The position numbers and the translations under genes are program-made. This document shows positions 27,290-40,824 of a stretch of 64,000 nucleotides of DNA, one piece after another (the stretch's first letter is position 1; each line of letters opens with the position of its first letter). This stretch comes from Camelus dromedarius (taxonomy: Eukaryota). The notes below the pieces were generated by a model, which was not told where the DNA came from, made no database searches, and saw nothing but the letters and a program-made list of their open reading frames with translations. Location of the stretch: NCBI RefSeq assembly GCF_036321535.1, contig NC_087472.1, positions 96,660,001 through 96,724,000 of the forward strand. Direction: 5' to 3'.

Positions 27290-28220
27290 TTCTTCACCAC
27301 ATGCTTCATGAACACCTGCTATGTGCTGGTCACTGTATTAGGTGCTGGATCTAAAGGCTTTCACATTCTCTATCCTCAGAGTATGAGAGGCAGCCATTAA
27401 ACCCTTAAATACAAATTAAAATATAATTGCAAATTGTGCTGGTTGCTGCAACTGGCACTATAAAGACTGCTCAGGAGAAGCCAATTCTGATTGGGTGCAT
27501 AAGAAAGGTCTCTCTAAAGAAGGAATATATAGCTGGAGATATAAAGATGAGTAAGAGAAAAAAAAAAAGTAGGTTAGGGCGTGTGGCTCTACAGCAAAAA
27601 AAGGATGTGGGGCAGCAGAGAGCCTGAAAGAGGACTGAGAAGAGAAAGGTAGGGAATGTGGTGCAAGATGTGTTGGGAGAGGTACTATGGCCAGATCACA
27701 CAAGCCCACCTAAAGCTGGGTGAGGAGTTTGTATTTTATTCTAAGGGAAATGGGAAGTCATTTGAAGGGTTCTAAGTAGGTGGCTGATGTGATTTATGTT
27801 TTAAAGGGTCATCTGTTTCCCCAGTGGAGATAAGGATGGAATTGGGAATCTCACTGAGGGGGTCGGGGAAGTATGAAGTGTGATGATGACGTGGACAATG
27901 GTGGTGGCTAACACTGCAGAGAGAGAAGCGTATGGAGTTAGGACATGCGCTGGAGGTTACAACTGGCAGAAGTTGGTGATGGGTTGGGTAAAGGTGCTGG
28001 AGAGGGGACCATCTTGAATACAGTACATGTGATGATGCCATTAATTACAATGGGAAGATGAGCAGGAGAGCAATTTGGGGAGTGCAGGTTCAGGCCCTTC
28101 AGGTCTCAGATGCTTGTGAGGTGTTCATGAGTGAAAATGTCAAAAAAGTCCCTGGATATAGAAATCTATATGAAGTTCAGAAAAGAGATGAGAACTGGAG
28201 AGATAAATTGGACAGTCATC
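27290..28220 (-). mobile_element. L2 LINE fragment
   Basis: GAACACCTGCTATGTGCTGGTCACTG start, then GGAGTTTGTATTTTATTCTAAGGGAAATGGGAAGTCATTTGAAGGGTT. Confidence 0.7.
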
Positions 28221-28976
28221 CACTATTACAGATAGTACTTATTTATTTTGGTTTTATGCACCTTTTCCTGATGGAAATATTCAAAGATACACAGAAGTAG
28301 ACAAAATAGTATACTGAATTTCTATATACCCATCATAGTACACATAATGTTTTGTCATGAGAATGGTAAGTATCCTAAAGAGAGAAAGATCCAACTCCCC
28401 CTAAGTTTCTTCATCCTCAAAGTGGGAATATCTGAACCTACCTCATGGAGTTACAGTGAGAATAAAATGAGATTAACAGTGTGTGGTAACCAACTTTAGC
28501 CAGTAATATTTTGTTGTTGAGTGGGCAATATTGATCCAATATTGGAGGAAGAAAATAAATCAAGGTTAGTGAGTAGAAACAAATTAAGTTTCTAAACTCC
28601 AGAAGAAAGTATTCAAACCATTGCACTCTTACGGAAAGAAGAATGAAACAGAAGCTGCTGACACAGCTATGGCATGTTTTGTAATTCTCAAAAGGTGAGG
28701 CAAGCCAAGGACACAGCAGGAATCTGACCTAGTAAAATTCAAGTTTCAATGAAGTGTGAATTGTGTATATAAGACCACTAGTCCCTGGCAGTGGAGCCCC
28801 AACTTTATGGCAGAAACATTACATTAAGGGAAAAGTCACATGACAATGAAGTACATAGTGAAAGGTCAGAACATGACAGGATCTGGTCTGGTGTGGGGTT
28901 GGGAAGGTTTCCACTGTAAAGAATGACTTCCTGAATAGACCAAAAGAGAGGGTTAAACTGTGCCTGTGCTCTAGAG

Positions 28977-29135
28977 CACAGCTTCTCAAACGTTAATAGG
29001 CACACTAATCGCCCGGGGGTGTTGTGAAGAAAAAGCTCCCTCTGCGGCAGTGGGTCCAGGATGGGGCCTGAGATTCTGCATTTCCAACAAGCTCCCAGGG
29101 GTCTCTGGGATCCTCCCCTGACTGCCTAAGTCTGT
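28977..29135. mobile_element. MER5A-like hAT MITE
   Basis: GGATGGGGCCTGAGATTCTGCATTTCCAACAAGCTCCCAGG. Confidence 0.7.
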
Positions 29136-29749
29136 CACTGAGGAGTATGTGTGGCAGGTACCTGCCAGCACTGCTGCTAGAAAGACAGTAGCCCTGGGAA
29201 AATGGCAGAACCCATTCCTTCGGGAACCCTCCCGGATAAAGGCGCTGGCTTGTGGTGGCCAGGGGCTTTGTCCATCCCCCTGGGCCTTCTGTGGCCCAGG
29301 GCTGGGAGTAGAACAACGAAGGAGTCAACCGCTATTGGGATCAACACTGTCACCCACGTCCACGCCCCCAGGAACTCAGCATGCAGAGGTAGAGGAGAGA
29401 GAAAATGATGGGAGAGATGACAGATACGGAGAACGGAGAGTGAGCACTGGCACACAGGGACTCGCTGTTCCTAGCCAAGAGATGCAATGAAAGATCTTCT
29501 TAGAAAAAGGTTTTCCTAAACTTAAAGAAGATTTGTATCTGCAGGCTGAAAGAACTTACCACAGTTCAGGGAAAACGAACTACCTACACACAGACACATT
29601 TGGCAACAAGTTTTAACTACAAGGGGGAAAAACCTACAATCTAATGACAGGAGAAAACAAATCATCATTAATTGAGGGCTTACCTTGAGTTCTGCACGCT
29701 ACTTGGTGCTTTCCCTGAGTTTGCTCATTGAAACCTCATAGCATTCTAA

Positions 29750-30150
29750 CAGAGTGCTGGTGTTGGCCTTTAAGTGGACTGGATCCAGAAACTCGGACGA
29801 TCGTGTCAGGATCCCTCTGCTCTCCAGCTGCCTCAGCTCTCTCATTCCACGTGGGAGCAGGCAGGCTGCCCCAGACGCGGCACAGGCAGCTCCAGGCTCA
29901 CGTTGTCCCAGCTCAGCTACCCCAGGAGGAAGAGAGTCCCTCTTCTGGTTTCACCATAGAAGGACACCCATTGTCTTGTTCTGCGCTTGCCCTTGGATCC
30001 ATCACGGTGACCAAGAGGATGGAGTGAGATTATTTGGCCAGGGGCTGAGGGTCTATGTTTAGAAGTCCCACCAGAATTAAAAGGTTGGAGTAAGAAAAAT
30101 AGACAAAAGAGAGGAAGGATGGTTTGGCCAACAAAAGCAAAATGTCCACG
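29750..30150 (-). mobile_element. Old MaLR LTR (MLT1J/K-like)
   Basis: GGCAGCTCCAGGCTCAC...CCATCACGGTGACCAAG pattern; judged by eye. Confidence 0.5.
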
Positions 30151-30159
30151 ACAGGGGGG

Positions 30160-30670
30160 TCTATGAGTTGCCCCACTTTACAGATGACAACAGTAAGGAT
30201 TAGAGGTCAAGTGACTTGCCCAAGGTCACACATCCAGTGTAACTGAAGAGCCAGGATATAAACCAAGGCAGTCTGAGCAGAGCTCTTAACCACTGTGCTG
30301 TAGGCAACAAAGTGAGTTTGGTTTCAGACTTCTCTGCAACATCAGCTCTCAGAAGAAAATGGAGCAACAGTTAGACTTTCTGGAGAAAAAGACTAACCAA
30401 AGATTTCTGTGCTCAAATTATCTTTCACAATAATAGCTAACAAATGTTAAACATACACTGTGTGACAGTAACTGTTCTAAGTGCTTTATATATATTGACT
30501 CATTCACTTCATGGACAGCCCTGTAAGAGAAGAATTCTTATTATGCTCATTTTACAGATGAGAAAACTGAAGCCCAGAGAGGTTAAGTAAAAGGTTATCT
30601 AAGAGACAGGATGGTGCCTAGGGAATCTGATCTTTTAAGCCTACGCTGTGAACCGCTATTCCATACTGCC
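30160..30670 (-). mobile_element. Two MIR fragments
   Basis: GTGACTTGCCCAAGGTCACACA and TTTACAGATGAGAAAACTGAAGCCCAGAGAGGTTAAGT cores. Confidence 0.7.
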
Positions 30671-30924
30671 AGGGTTCAAAAGCATATTATCAACACACAC
30701 TTCTTGAAAAAAATTAATGAAAATATACACCCCAATAACAAGAAAGTTAAAAAAACTGAGTTCTAAAATTAGAAAATTGTGTAAAAATGACAAAGTTTTT
30801 AAAAGTCTAAATGATTAATCTGTATCTTCATAAAAGATTTTATTAATAGAGAGAAGAGGGAGGGAAGTAAAAATGAGCTTAACCTGGGTGAATCAGAAGG
30901 AACTAAAAGATTAGCATTTCATTT

Positions 30925-31059
30925 TTCAAAAACATTTTTATAGGGGGAGGTAATTAGATTTATTTATTTCATTTATTTTTAATGGAGGTACCAAGGATTG
31001 AACCCAGGACCTTGTGCATGCTAGGCATGCACTCTACCACTGAGCTATACCCACCCCCC
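30925..31059 (-). mobile_element. Camelid-type tRNA-derived SINE (Vic-1-like)
   Basis: Minus strand GGGTATAGCTCAGTGGTAGAGTGCATG...GGTTCAATCC (A and B boxes) with tail CTAATTACCTCCCCC; 12-bp TSD AGCATTTCATTT at 30913-30924 and 31060-31071. Confidence 0.9.
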
Positions 31060-31971
31060 AGCATTTCATTTAAAAATTCTGATAATTTAAGAAATACAGG
31101 CCACAGAATGCCTTTTTTAAAATTGTTACTCAGCTTGAAAATTTTGTTTCTAAAAGAAAACAGTAAGTTTTTTTTTTTTAAAAAAGGTAAGCAGTAAGGG
31201 TTTTTGGTAATATGCACTTGTGGATGCAAACTTATTTGATGTGTTTCACACCACTGCTGTTATCTTTATTGGTGCTCAAATTATCACAACTGGGGCTAGT
31301 GGGAATTTGAAGTTGGCTCCTGAGTCCTTTTGCTGTGATCTAGTAGTCTCTGATAGCTTTACTGTTATCAAAATACCTTGTATGTGTTCTTCCCCAGACC
31401 CACAGGATGCTTAAAGGTCATACTTACTAGTCCTAAAAGGAGTATATATGCCTTCCAAAGCATGAGGAAGATAAAAGCAAAGGAAATACTCATAAGAGAA
31501 AAAGAAATCATAAACCAAAGGAAATGACAAAAGAATTTTTTAAATAGCATAGCAAAAAGATGAAACATAATAAACTAAATATATTAGTTACCATGATAAA
31601 TATAAATAGATCCTGCTCCCATACTTAAAAATAAAATTTCCCAGACTAGATTTTAAAACATCAATTCTATGTTATTTAAAAGAATCACACAATGGCACAA
31701 AAAGATCAATGTAAGAGAATGGGAAAAAATATGCAAAACAGATACAAATGAAGGGAAACAAAGATCAAAATACTTGAATTAGTAGAATTTAAGACCAAAA
31801 ACTGAATGAAATGAGACTGAAATGTATAAAACCAAAATATGAAGGATAGAGACTCAATAATAACAATTAGTAAGTCTTATTTAATAGATTCCTGGAAAGA
31901 AACATGTATACCAAACAATACACCTTTTTTCCTAGTGCCCATGGAACGCTTACAAAAACTGAATATATAGC

Positions 31972-32541
31972 TGCACTATCATGGCACTTACACAGGGTTC
32001 AGTTGCTGAAGGGGACTCACAGGACCCAAACTGGCAAAGCTTACAAATGTACAGTTTATTATAGGGAAAGGACACACTATAGCAAAAGCGTGAAAGTCAG
32101 AATATACATTGGGCCTATGACTCACAGCAGGGGTCTGTCCTCTCGCTGTAAGGGCCAGCCCAGATGTCTCGTGGATCGGGAGCCACTGATGTATGCACAG
32201 AACACTCCAGAACCAGGGAGACTAAAATGAAATCTTTGCTGAGGTTGTTTATATTTTGCTTGTCACCTAGGCATAGCTCTGCTGCAGGACCAGCAGAACC
32301 CTGGGGCAGGGGCTGGAGAGTATCACACTAAGAGCAGGTGCAACTCTTCAATCTCATTGTTATTAATAAACAAAGCTGACAAGCTGGGTCAAACTACCCT
32401 GAAATTCTTTGGACTCATGGTTACATAGAGACACTATACATTAATGTTTCATGCTTTGACCAGGAGTCAGCGTCAAGCAGGAGCTTTAATATAACCAAAC
32501 AGCTCAGGTTAATTGCAGATCTGCTGTGATTATCCTTTACA
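31972..32541 (-). mobile_element. Solo LTR (MER21-like) nested in an old L1 ORF2 fragment
   Basis: TG...CA termini (minus strand starts TGTAAAGG) and a GAAGGGGACTCACAGGACCC motif. The flanks on both sides are L1 endonuclease-region sequence. Confidence 0.5.
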
Positions 32542-33409
32542 GCACAATCACAAAACATGAAGTATAGTTCAATAATTTCCAATATGCTGAGACCACACAA
32601 ACTCTATTTTTGGATCACAATAAAAAAATTAATAAATAGGATGAGTACAAAGTAATCAAAAACACAAATTATAGTAAGGCACTTTTTTGAGAATATATGT
32701 CTGATGAAAATTGACAAGAATGTTAATATCCAGCATCAGTAAGGATCCAGGGGAACTAGGCCTCTTCATTTACTGCTCCTGGAAACATAAATCTGTAGAA
32801 TCTTTCCCAGGTACATCTTGATAATGTATATAAAAATCCTTAAAAAGGTACATTCTTTCAGCTCAGAAATTATCTATTTGGCATTTCATTTTGAAAAAAT
32901 AATTGAGAATATGGGCAGATGTTTATTGTAGCACAGTGCATAATAGCAAAATATTGGAAACAGTCAAAACGTCCAGCAATATGGGGACTGTTTCAGAAGT
33001 TATATCCATGTCCAATTATTCAAAATAATTTTGTAGAGGTCTTTTTGTGGCAGGCTCTGTTAGTTGCAGGTCTAAAATCCTTTCCTGTCTTCTTCTGTAG
33101 TGACAGATCCCAGATATTGTTCAGAGCAGCAATGTTCACTTTCCAGGCAGAAAACCATAACAATCCTGTTCCCACTTTCCTAGCTTCCCTTCACCTAGGA
33201 ATGGCCATGTGATCCGGTTCTGGCCAATGAAATGTGAAGAGAAGTCTCCTGGGGGCTTTGAGAAAGTTTTTTGCTTTTCTTATAAAAGGGCAAGATTCTG
33301 TTGATGCCAATAATCATCTACTGCAGACCTTATATTTAGGGTGAAAAATTAACTATTTGTTAGGCAAGAATTGATTAGGTTTTCTTTTATTTGGAGCCCA
33401 AGGTGTCTC

Positions 33410-33805
33410 TCACTGTGGCAGATGCAGTGATGCGCTTCCTCAGATCTCCCTTCAGGACTCCCAGGTACTGGCAGTTCTCTAGGCTGCTGGTCTTCACCTG
33501 CCAACTATCTCCAGGAATTGTACTCAGGTGAAGTCAGCTGCCTTGCCCAGTGTCACATCCTCGTCCTGGGAGGCAGTCCACATCAACCTCTCCGTAGAAG
33601 TGTAAAGGCCCCACCTCCTTTCTTCAGTTTGCAGGGTCCTCCCAGCTCCAGGGCTGGAGCCCCTGTGACTACTGCACCATTGCCTAACTTCCCTTTCTGC
33701 CTAATCCTACTTTATTCCCTTCCCTGATGGTGTTGATTTTAAGAGTACTCTGTAATAAACTTCCTGCACTCAAATCTCTCAGAGTCTGTTTCCTGGGGAA
33801 CCCCA
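33410..33805 (+). mobile_element. ERVL solo LTR (LTR16-like)
   Basis: Ends AATAAACTTCCTGCACTCAAATCTCTCAGAGTCTGTTTCCTGGGGAACCC. Confidence 0.65.
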
Positions 33806-35832
33806 CCCACAGCACTGCTGACACATTTATTCACATAAAGGAGATGTTCCAAATATACTGCTAAATGACACAACAACAGGTTATAGAGCAGTATGTATGG
33901 TGTTTTCTTATTATACAGATTATATATCTGCAGTGAAAGAAATTCTGCAAAGGAAAACACTAACAATTTAACACCAGAACTTGTGTTTCCAACAATACAT
34001 TGAACTAGATATTTAGAGAAACTCCTAGTTCAGAACACATTAAATGCCAAAAAAAGAAGTTTTAGTATTTTAATACACATACTAGTGATGGGAAAGTAAG
34101 GGAATTCCTGGCCGGGGCAAGGGGAGGGAGGCAGAAATAATAGGAAAGCATAAATCCACAAGAGCTAGAGATCATATTTACTCTGGAGGTATCTGCTGAT
34201 TCCTGATGGCCTTGAGCAAGGTTTTCATGAGCCACTGCTATAGGGGAGAGGAGACAAAGCCTAGAGCCCAAGCAGTGTGAGAGGTCAGGATGGAGATGCT
34301 TGCATAAAGGCAGGAAAGTCAAAGAACAGTAGCCTCAAAAAGTTTAGCAGGAAAAAGCCCACCTTGAAGACGGAGCTGGAGGAAGTAAACTTCATGGCAG
34401 TAGCCAAGCACAAGCAAACTCACATTGGTGTGGGTCAGATCTAAACTTGAATTGCTGTGGTCAAAATAAACCTTTTACCCAAAACAGAGTTCAAAGTGGT
34501 CCTTGGTAGTACCCTCAGAAAATTGCCAGAAGAAAACAAAAATTCTTCTTGGGAGGAATACATTTACCAACTTCAAAGAATTACCATAAAGTTACAAATT
34601 CAGAATAATAAATAAATCACTAAATCCATGAGGGTCAGCATAAATATCAAAATTCAGTATCAGGCACATGGACACACAAAACTATAGATATAGGACATCC
34701 AGATACAGATTACAAAATAATAACATTTGTTGTATGTAAAGAATTGAAAATAGAGTTAACAGAATAAGGGCAGAGACTATCAAAACTGACTAGGGTGAAT
34801 TTGAAAGAAAGTCAAATAGGAGTTTATACAATAAAAAAGTAATAATTTAAATTAGAAACACAAAGAATGTTTCAAACAGTAGACAGGACTAAAAATAAAA
34901 TTAGAGAATTAGAAGATAGATCTAAATAAATGACCAGTATAGGAAAAAAGACAATGATAGAAAATTTTAATTAGAGGTTAAGAGAAATAGAGCATAGAGA
35001 AGGTCCAATACATGTTCCAAGTGGAATTCCAGGAGAGAGAAATGATAATAGAGGAAAAGGCAATATACAAAGAGATAAGATTTCAGATATTACAAAGAAC
35101 AACAATCTTCAGAGGCAGAAACCTAAGAACTCCAAGTAGGATAATTAAAATAAGTCCACATTTAAACACATAGTAATACAACTGCAGAATACCAAAGACA
35201 AGCAGAAGACTTTTCAGTAATGGCAGCCAGAAGACAATAAGATATTATCTTCGAAGTGGCAAGAGAAATTACTGTCAATCTAGAATTTTATACCTAGCAA
35301 ATAAACTTTTATGAATGACAGTAAAATAGAGATATTTCCAAACATAAATAGACATCATTAAAAGAACTTTTAAAGAACATATCCTGGAAGGATAAAAATG
35401 ATTCTAGGAGGAATATCTGGGACACTGTCAGAAAAAAAGGTAAGAAAAAGAAATAAAGGGTATACATATCAGAGAAGAAAGAAAATCATTTATATTGACA
35501 AACAACACTTCCATGTATAAAAACCCAAAGAGTCTACCAAAAAACTACTAGAACCAATAAGTGAGTTTATCAAGGTTATAGGACAGGAGGTCAATATACA
35601 AAAATCAACTAATTTCTGTATACTAGCAAAAGACAATCAGAAATTGAAAACTGAAAATAGTACTATTTACAAGAGCACCAAAAACATGAACTCTTTAGGT
35701 ATGATTTTTACAGAATATGTGCAAGATCTGTATGCTGAAAATTACAAAACATCAATGAAAGAAATCAAAGAAGACCTAAATATATAGTGATATACTGTCT
35801 TCATAAATTGGGAGACTCATTGTTAAGACGTC

Positions 35833-36374
35833 TGTAGTAGGCAGCCTTTAAGATGGCCCTTAATGATCTCTGCCTTCTTGTATTCACGCCCTTGTACAAA
35901 CCCCTGAACTTGAACGTGGGCTACACTGGGTATTGAACTTCTAATGAACAGAATAGGGCAAAAATGATGTCACCTCCTAGATTAGGTTGCAAAGAGTCTG
36001 TGGTTTTGTCTTGAGCACTTTCACCCTCTCACTCTGAGGAAAGCTAGCTGCAATGTTGTGAGCTGTTCTAGAGAGGCTCACAAGTAAAGGAACTGAGGGA
36101 GGCTTCCAGCCAACACCCCAAAAGGAACTGAATCTTGCCAACAACTACATGAGTGAATATGGGAGCAGATCCTCCCCAGTTGAGTCTTTAACTCAGCCTT
36201 GAATGACAACTTGATTACGATCTTATGAAAGGTCTTATGAAAGGCCCTGAGGCAGAAGCACCCCACTAAGCTGCACCCAGACACCTGATGCACAGAATCT
36301 GTGAGGTAATGAATATTTGATGGCGTAGACTGCTTAATTTTAGGCTAGTTTGTCATGTAATAATAGATAATACA
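35833..36374 (+). mobile_element. MaLR LTR (MLT1E/F-like) inserted in L1
   Basis: TGTAGTAGGCAGCC...ATAGATAATACA termini; 5-bp TSD ACGTC/ATGTC; the L1 resumes on both sides. Confidence 0.85.
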
Positions 36375-37409
36375 ATGTCAATTCTCCTCAAATTGAGGGA
36401 TAGATCCCAGAAAGACTTTTGTAGAAATTTTCAAGCTGACTCTAAAACTGATATGGTAAAGCAAAGGAACTAGAATAGTCAAAACAGTTTTGAAAAAGAA
36501 AAAAAAGTTGGAGGACTCACAGTGCGTGATTTCAAGATGTGATATAAAGCTAGAGTAATTAAGTGTGGTAGTGGCAAAAAGATAGATAGAATAGATCCAT
36601 GAGCTAGAACACAGAGTCCAGAAATAAACCCACACATATATGGTCAATTGATTTTTGACATAGGTGAAAAGGCAATTTTTAAATAGATAATCTCTTCAAC
36701 AAATGTTGCTGGAACCACTGAACATTCACATGCAAAAGAAACAAACAAAAGAGCCTCATTGTATACTTCACATCATACATACAGATGAATTAAGCATAGA
36801 TCATAAACCTACATGTAAAGTTGAAAACAATAAAACTTTTACAATAAAATCTTTGTGACTTGGGTTAGACAAAGATTTCTTATCTCTGACACTAAAAGGA
36901 TAATCTATAAAAAATTGATAAATTGGACTTCACCAAAAATCTGCTCTTTGAAAAACACTTTTTTTTTGAAAAACACTTTTAAGAAAAGGAAACAGACAAA
37001 CCATAGTCTGAGAAAAATATTTTCAAAATACATATCTAATAAAGGAATTGTAAGCAAAATACATAATGAACTCTCTAAAGTCAATAATAAGAGCACAAAC
37101 AATCCAATTAAAAATGGTCAAAATATTTGAATAGACACTTCACTAAAGGATATGTATGGATGACAAAAAGCATAAGAAAAGCTGCCTGACATCATTAGTT
37201 ATTAGGGAAACGCAAATTAAAACTACAATGAAGTACCATTCCACTCCCTCTAGAATGGTTAAGATTCAGACAACTAATAACATCAAGGGCAAAGTAAGGT
37301 TGTGGGACAACTAGAACCCTTGCCTGTGGGAATGCAAAATGCTACAGCCACTTTGGAAAGCAGTTTGGCAGTTTCTTATAGAGTCTGACATACACTTACA
37401 AAGTTAAAC

Positions 37410-37925
37410 ATACATATAAGAATAATAGCCTTCCAAATATGCCCACATCCTAATTTCTGGAATTTGTAAAAGTTACTTTACATGCTAAAAGGAACAAGCT
37501 GCAGATGTGATAAAAATAAGGGATGAGGAGATTATCCTGGGTTATGTGGGTGGGCCTGATGTAATCACAATGGTACTTATAAGAGGGACACAAGAGGAGT
37601 CAGAACAAAAGGAGAAGGTAATTTGATGATGCAAGTAGAGATTAGAGTGATGCGCTTTGAAGATGAAAAAAGGGGCCTCCATCCATCCTCCTGTATTCCA
37701 CCTGAAGAAGGAATATAGTGGCCACTAGAAGCTGAAAAAGGCAAAGAAAAGGATTCTCTCCTCAGAGTCTCCAAAGGGAATCAGCTCTACTGACATCTTA
37801 GTTTTGGTCACTTAAGACTCATTTTGGACTTTCAACCTCCAGAACTGTAAGAGAATAAGTTTGTGTTGTTTTAAGCCACTAAGTTTATGGTAATTTGTTA
37901 TAGCAGCAGTAGGAAACTAACACAA
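37410..37925 (+). mobile_element. MaLR LTR (MLT1C/D-like)
   Basis: Ends GTTTTAAGCCACTAAGTTTATGGTAATTTGTTATAGCAGCAGTAGGAAACTAACACA. Confidence 0.85.
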
Positions 37926-40278
37926 TTTACTATATCACTCAAAATCCTAACTCAGTAGTCTTATTCCTAGATATTTACACAAGAGAAATGAAAACATATG
38001 TTTAGACAAAATCCTGCATGCATACGTGTATGGTAACTTTATTCACAGTTGTCAACAACTGGATACAACCCAGATATCATTCTACTAGTGAATGGATAAA
38101 CAAACTGTGGTATATCAATAAAATGGAATAATATTCATTATTAAAAAGGAACAAACTACTGATGCTTGCAACACCCAACTCAAGATCACATTACAAAGAT
38201 TTTCTCCTATGTTTTCTTCTAGCTTTATAGTTACAGGTTTTACATTTAAGTATATGATCCATTTTGAATTAATGTTGGTATACGGTGAGCATATGGTGTT
38301 AGGATCAAATGCATTATGGTAAGTAGGGCTGGGGGTGGGGGCAGTGGTAGAGGGTAAATGGAGAATGACTGCTAATGGGTATGAGATTTCCTTTTGCTGT
38401 ATGAAAATGTCCTAGAATTGACTGCAATGATGAAACTGTACATTTTAAATGGATGAATTGTATGGTATGTGAGTTGTATCTCAGTTAACCTGTTTTTTAA
38501 AAAGTCATCCAGATTGGAAAAAGGGAGCAAAATTGTCTGGTACCAGATGATCTATGTGGAAAATTTGATGGAATCCACAAAGAAGCTACTAGAATTAATG
38601 AGTTAGTAGGATACAAGAACAATATACAAACATCAATTTTATGTCTATATATTCACAATGAACAGCTGAAAATTAAAATTTTGAAAAAGTAATTTCATTT
38701 ATATTAGCATAAAAATATTAAATATTTGGGGATAAACTTGCCAAAAGACGTGAAAAACCTGTACACTGAAAACTACAAAATATTGCTGAGAGAAATTTAA
38801 AAAGGCTAAATTACTGGCCAGATATACCTAGTTCATGGGTTGGAAGACTCAATATAAAGATATTAATTCTCTCCCACATTCATCTATAGATTCAGTGCAA
38901 TCCCAAAGTCCTAGTAGGCATTTTTTTTGGTAAAAAAAATGACAAGTAGATTAACGGAATAGTATAGAGAGTTCACAAACAAATCCACCCATATATGAAC
39001 AACTTATTTTTTCAAAGGGTACAAAGGCACTGCAGTGGAGAAAGAATAGACTTTTCAACAAATGGTACTGTAATAATTGGTTATCCACATGCAAACCCCC
39101 CCAAAAGACAAAAGGAACTTGGATCCTCACACCATATACTCACTATATATCAAAATTAATTCAAAATGGATCATATACCTATATGTAAAACCTATAATTA
39201 TAAAGCTAGAAGAAAACAGGAGAAAATCTTTGTGACCTTGAGTTAGGTGAAAATTTCTTAGATAGCACAATAAAAGTGTAAGGCATTAAAAACCAAACTG
39301 ATGAATTAGACTTCATCAAAATTAAGAACTGCTCTTCAGAAAACACTTGTGATAGATTGAAAAGACAAGGCACAGACTGGGAGAAAATCTCTGCAAAGAA
39401 GATCTGATAAAGGATTTGTACCCAGAGTATATAAAAACTTTCAACATCCAGCAATAAGAAAACAAGTAACCCAATAAAAATATAGGCAAAAGATTTGGCA
39501 AGATACTTCACCAAAGATATACGAACAGCAAATAAACACATGAAAAGATGTTCAAAATCATTAGTCCTCGAGGAAATGTATGTCAAACCACAGTGAGATA
39601 CCACTTCACACCTATCAGAACAGCTAAAATTAAAAAGACTGATGATATCAAGATAAATGGAAAGCCTATGTTCACACAAAGACTATACATAAATATTCAA
39701 AGTAGTAGTTTTAATTGTAATAGCCCCAAACTGGATACAACTCAAATGTCCATTTACAGGTGACCTACCCAACATGGATAAACAAATTGTGGTCTAGCCA
39801 AACAATGGAATACTACTCAGATGAACCACTGATATATGCAACAACATGGATGAATCTCAAAATTATCACATTGAGTGAAAGAAGCTAGACCCAAAAAGAG
39901 CACATGCTATTTGATTCCTCTTATATAGAACTCTAGAAAATGCAAACTAATTTATCCTGACAGAAAACAGATCAGTGGTTGCTTAGAGATGGGGGCTGGG
40001 AAAGGAAAAAGGGAGGGACTAAAGTGGTGTGAGGAAACTTATGGGCATGATGGAGGATACGTTCACTATTTTGACTGTGGTGATGGGTGTATGCATATGT
40101 CAAAACTTCTCAAATTGTTCTTTCAATGTGTACAATTTATCATATGTCTATTATACCTCAACAAAGCAGCTGAATTTTTTAAATTAAGATTTGTGTATTG
40201 TATATTGAGAATATTTTTCCCTGGCCCAATTTTCTATGTGAAGATTATAACCATAGTCATGCTTAACTAGGCACTCAC

Positions 40279-40431
40279 CATTTATTAGTTATCAGAGGCA
40301 GAAAAACAGGGATTAAAAGCATGTTATTTTCCTCCTCTTTGAAAATTATTCATCTTTTTACTTGCAGAATTAAACTTCTTCAATCAGTATACTTCAACAT
40401 TTGGCTAGAATGTGAAACGTTTCAGTAAAGT
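40279..40431 (-). pseudogene. Decayed C2-like pseudo-exon
   Basis: Donor ATG|GTGAGT and probable decayed acceptor TTTCCTTCCGG|; stitched frames read PNVEVY / IISKRRK / HAFNPCF. Confidence 0.4.
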
Positions 40432-40564
40432 CCGGAAGGAAATAAATGACTTGATAAAACATAACATTTAAATTTGAAAAATTCTATCATACTGTTTTGT
40501 CCATTATATTGTTGATCTCTCATCTCAATCTGACTAAAATACTATTAAGTATTATTAATTTCAC

Positions 40565-40723
40565 TAGCATGGAGCTTCAAGTCTAGAATCAACTGAAAAA
40601 AAATGGAGTTCTGTCAGAAAAGGAATGTGACTCTATAATTCAGCCCCTGTTCCAGCTGTTCTTCACGTGTGAAGGCAAACATTTCTGACACTTAAGGAGT
40701 CATGTCCGTTTCTGAAGCGATAA
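40565..40723 (-). pseudogene. Decayed SH3-like pseudo-exon
   Basis: Acceptor CTTATTGCTTCCAG|; 159 nt; LSLQKR...W, with TGAEL*SHIP in a shifted frame. Confidence 0.35.
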
Positions 40724-40824
40724 CTGGAAGCAATAAGAATGGCATATGAAAAATTAATCAGAATGAAGCAAGCTCCAAATGTGAGAAACATTGGTGTGAT
40801 GTTCAAGTTAATGTTCTTTGATTT

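Larger units (their letters stand above)
33970..40180 (+). mobile_element. Cluster of old L1M fragments (5' region, ORF1, ORF2, 3'UTR) with nested LTRs and a short inverted L1 piece near 38175-38290
   Basis: A-rich sense L1 sequence, e.g. CTGAAAATTACAAAACATCAATGAAAGAAATCAAAGAAGACCTAAAT and GATACCACTTCACACCTATCAGAACAGCTAAAAT; many stops. Confidence 0.85.

Noticed and set aside
29005..30062. Cluster of overlapping 60-113 aa ORFs
   Set aside because: Locally GC-richer sequence, partly MER5A/MaLR-derived; no recognisable protein or exon structure.
30925..31059. tRNA-like sequence with A/B boxes (also at 50.5 and 55.9 kb)
   Set aside because: SINE heads with tails and TSDs, not tRNA genes.
39206..39679. 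157-aa minus-strand ORF
   Set aside because: Antisense frame of an old L1 ORF2 fragment.
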